A DNA stretch of 670 nucleotides. Source: Escherichia coli. Its GTDB lineage: Bacteria > Pseudomonadota > Gammaproteobacteria > Enterobacterales > Enterobacteriaceae. The notes under the pieces were generated by a model that saw only the letters and a list, made by a program, of their open reading frames with translations, had not been told where the DNA came from and ran no database searches. The translations under genes were made by a program, and so were the position numbers. The stretch lies in assembly GCF_003334385.1 (NCBI RefSeq), contig NZ_QOWN01000154.1. One strand, 5' to 3'. Of this stretch, positions 1 to 670 are shown piece after piece. Numbering within the stretch: the first letter of the stretch is position 1; the number at the start of each line of letters is the position of its first letter.

Positions 1-1
1 A

Positions 2-295
2 TACTCGAGGGAATTAGCCGATGCGAGAGCTGAAAATGAAACTCTGCGCGCTGACGTTGCCGCTGGTCGTAAGCGCCTGCGGGTCAACGCCACCTGCCCC
101 GGTACCGTGCGTGAAGCCACCGGCACCTCCGGCGTGGATAATGCAACCGGCCCCCGACTGGCAGACACCGCTGAACGGGATTATTTCACTCTCAGAGAGC
201 GGTTGATGCTGATGCAGAAGCAGCTGGAAGGGGCGCAGGAATATATCCGCACTCAGTGCACTAAGCTGGCTTTTTATTATCCGGAGGATATATGA
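2..295 (+). CDS. Rz: Rz i-spanin (inner-membrane spanin subunit), C-terminal portion; 5' end lies upstream of the window
   Basis: Frame 2 is open from position 2 to TGA at 293-295. My translation is YSRELADARAENETLRADVAAGRKRLRVNATCPGTVREATGTSGVDNATGPRLADTAERDYFTLRERLMLMQKQLEGAQEYIRTQCTKLAFYYPEDI. From memory this aligns closely with the C-terminal half of lambda Rz (...KELADAKAENDALRDDVAAGRRRLHIKAVCQSVREATTASGVDNAASPRLADTAERDYFTLRERLITMQKQLEGTQKYINEQCR), including both periplasmic Cys positions. The track ORF 107..295 is only the internal-Met part of this frame. Confidence 0.9.
   Translation, partial: YSRELADARAENETLRADVAAGRKRLRVNATCPGTVREATGTSGVDNATGPRLADTAERDYFTLRERLMLMQKQLEGAQEYIRTQCTKLAFYYPEDI
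7..11 (+). promoter_or_regulatory. Shine-Dalgarno-like GAGGG for Rz1, located inside the Rz coding sequence
   Basis: GAGGG lies 9 nt upstream of ATG at 21. This spacing fits translation initiation of the embedded gene. Confidence 0.5.
21..206 (+). CDS. Rz1: Rz1 o-spanin, outer-membrane lipoprotein, embedded in the +1 frame of Rz
   Basis: Track ORF MRELKMKLCALTLPLVVSACGSTPPAPVPCVKPPAPPAWIMQPAPDWQTPLNGIISLSESG (61 aa). From memory it resembles lambda Rz1 (MLKLKMMLCVMMLPLVVVGCTSKQSVSQCVKPPPPPAWIMQPPPDWQTPLNGIISPSERG). It has a hydrophobic signal peptide, a lipobox V-S-A-C with Cys at codon 20 (nt 78-80), Gly at +2 (no inner-membrane retention Asp), and a proline-rich mature part with a conserved internal Cys (PVPC). 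A GAGGG Shine-Dalgarno at 7-11 lies 9 nt upstream of ATG 21. The true start could instead be ATG 36 (MKLCAL...). Confidence 0.86.
   Translation: MRELKMKLCALTLPLVVSACGSTPPAPVPCVKPPAPPAWIMQPAPDWQTPLNGIISLSESG
274..282. repeat. Left copy of an exact 9-bp direct repeat TTATTATCC
   Basis: An identical 9-mer recurs at 523-531. This copy lies immediately 5' of the SD of the small ORF, within the 3' tail of Rz. Confidence 0.35.
283..288 (+). promoter_or_regulatory. Shine-Dalgarno GGAGGA for the downstream small ORF, inside the last codons of Rz
   Basis: GGAGGA at 283-288 is followed by ATG at 292, a short 3-4 nt spacing. ATG 292-294 overlaps the Rz stop TGA 293-295 (ATGA), a typical translational-coupling arrangement. 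Confidence 0.5.
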
Positions 296-516
296 AGAAA
301 TTACGGGTAACCGTAGAACCTTTTCAGGGAACAATTCCGTTCCGTATTTTGCAGCGTGGTCGTGTTCTTGTTGAAGGTTCGTTCAGTGGTAAATGTACGC
401 AATTACACTCCCGGACCTTTCAGGTGAATGCCACGAATGAAGAGCTAACCGTTGAGTGTACGATGAATGCCGCTAAATGCCGCATGGTATCCGCTGCATT
501 ACAGCCAGTGTGTTGA
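292..516 (+). CDS. Hypothetical small protein (74 aa), no family recognised; candidate moron or accessory gene downstream of the lysis cassette
   Basis: Track ORF MKKLRVTVEPFQGTIPFRILQRGRVLVEGSFSGKCTQLHSRTFQVNATNEELTVECTMNAAKCRMVSAALQPVC, ATG to TGA, with SD GGAGGA upstream and ATGA overlap with Rz. By my manual counts GC is about 45-48% in 301-480, against roughly 68-70% in 61-180 and about 60% in 541-600. It has no signal peptide or hydrophobic segment, and four Cys that do not form a CxxC motif. Alternating hydrophobic and polar residues near the N-terminus suggest beta strands. Confidence 0.5.
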   Translation: MKKLRVTVEPFQGTIPFRILQRGRVLVEGSFSGKCTQLHSRTFQVNATNEELTVECTMNAAKCRMVSAALQPVC

Positions 517-522
517 GCGACC

Positions 523-531
523 TTATTATCC
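523..531. repeat. Right copy of an exact 9-bp direct repeat TTATTATCC
   Basis: Identical to 274-282. It starts 7 nt after the TGA stop of the small ORF at 514-516. Confidence 0.35.
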
Positions 532-642
532 ATGCGCGGTATTGTCGCCGTATTCCTGCATTAACAGAGACCGCAGCCCGACCGGGAGACTCCTCTGCGC
601 GAGTGTGCGGGGATAATCAAAAACGATACACACCGGGGTTTA

Positions 643-661
643 CCGCGTTAACGGAGCGCGG
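643..661. other. Short inverted repeat (CCGCG-N9-CGCGG) containing the palindrome CGTTAACG; possible weak hairpin
   Basis: CCGCG at 643-647 pairs with CGCGG at 657-661, and the loop contains the palindromic octamer CGTTAACG at 646-653. No U-run follows (GCGTTGTCCC), so it is not a convincing intrinsic terminator. Confidence 0.2.
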
Positions 662-670
662 CGTTGTCCC

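Noticed and set aside
36-206. Alternative Rz1 start at the second ATG (MKLCALTLPLVVSAC...)
   Set aside because: Not rejected as impossible, but the first ATG at 21 has the better-placed SD and, as far as I recall, matches the lambda Rz1 N-terminal length. The mature lipoprotein is the same with either start.
275-280. TATTAT, a -10-like hexamer upstream of the small ORF
   Set aside because: It is only about 12 nt from the ATG, so a transcript started from it would begin inside or after the SD. There is no acceptable -35 at the right spacing. It is part of the direct repeat and more likely just AT-rich junction sequence, and late-operon read-through suffices for expression.
107-295. Track ORF of 62 aa as an independent gene
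   Set aside because: It is the internal-Met portion of the Rz reading frame, which is open back to position 2 and continues the lambda-Rz-like alignment upstream of Met 107. It is not a separate gene.
14-334. 106-aa ORF on the minus strand (MFPEKVLRLPVISSYILRIIK...)
   Set aside because: It is entirely antisense to the well-supported Rz/Rz1 genes and the start of the downstream ORF. Its translation is low-complexity and Gly/Ala-rich, typical of the antisense of GC-rich coding sequence, and it has no recognisable features.
517-523. GCGACCT, matching the last 7 nt of the lambda cohesive end (GGGCGGCGACCT)
   Set aside because: Only 7 of 12 positions match and the rest of the cos context is missing. 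The match is too short to distinguish from chance.
532-564. Mini-ORF ATG...TAA (MRGIVAVFLH, 10 aa)
   Set aside because: It is too short, has no SD, and has no supporting features.

Overview
This window is the 3' end of a lambdoid-phage (enterobacterial prophage-type) lysis cassette. It contains the C-terminal two thirds of the i-spanin gene Rz (2..295, + strand, 5' end outside the window), with the complete o-spanin lipoprotein gene Rz1 embedded in a different frame (21..206). Both calls rest on my recall of the phage lambda Rz and Rz1 proteins, not on a database search. Directly downstream, overlapping the Rz stop in an ATGA arrangement, is a 74-aa ORF (292..516) that I cannot assign to any family. 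It has lower GC than its flanks, is bracketed by an exact 9-bp direct repeat (TTATTATCC), and sits where lambda carries the accessory gene bor, so it is the main candidate for something undescribed. The last ~150 bp are GC-rich with no confident gene; one frame is open from ATG 477 to the window edge. Nothing here supports a multi-gene system; the novelty candidate is a single small accessory ORF.
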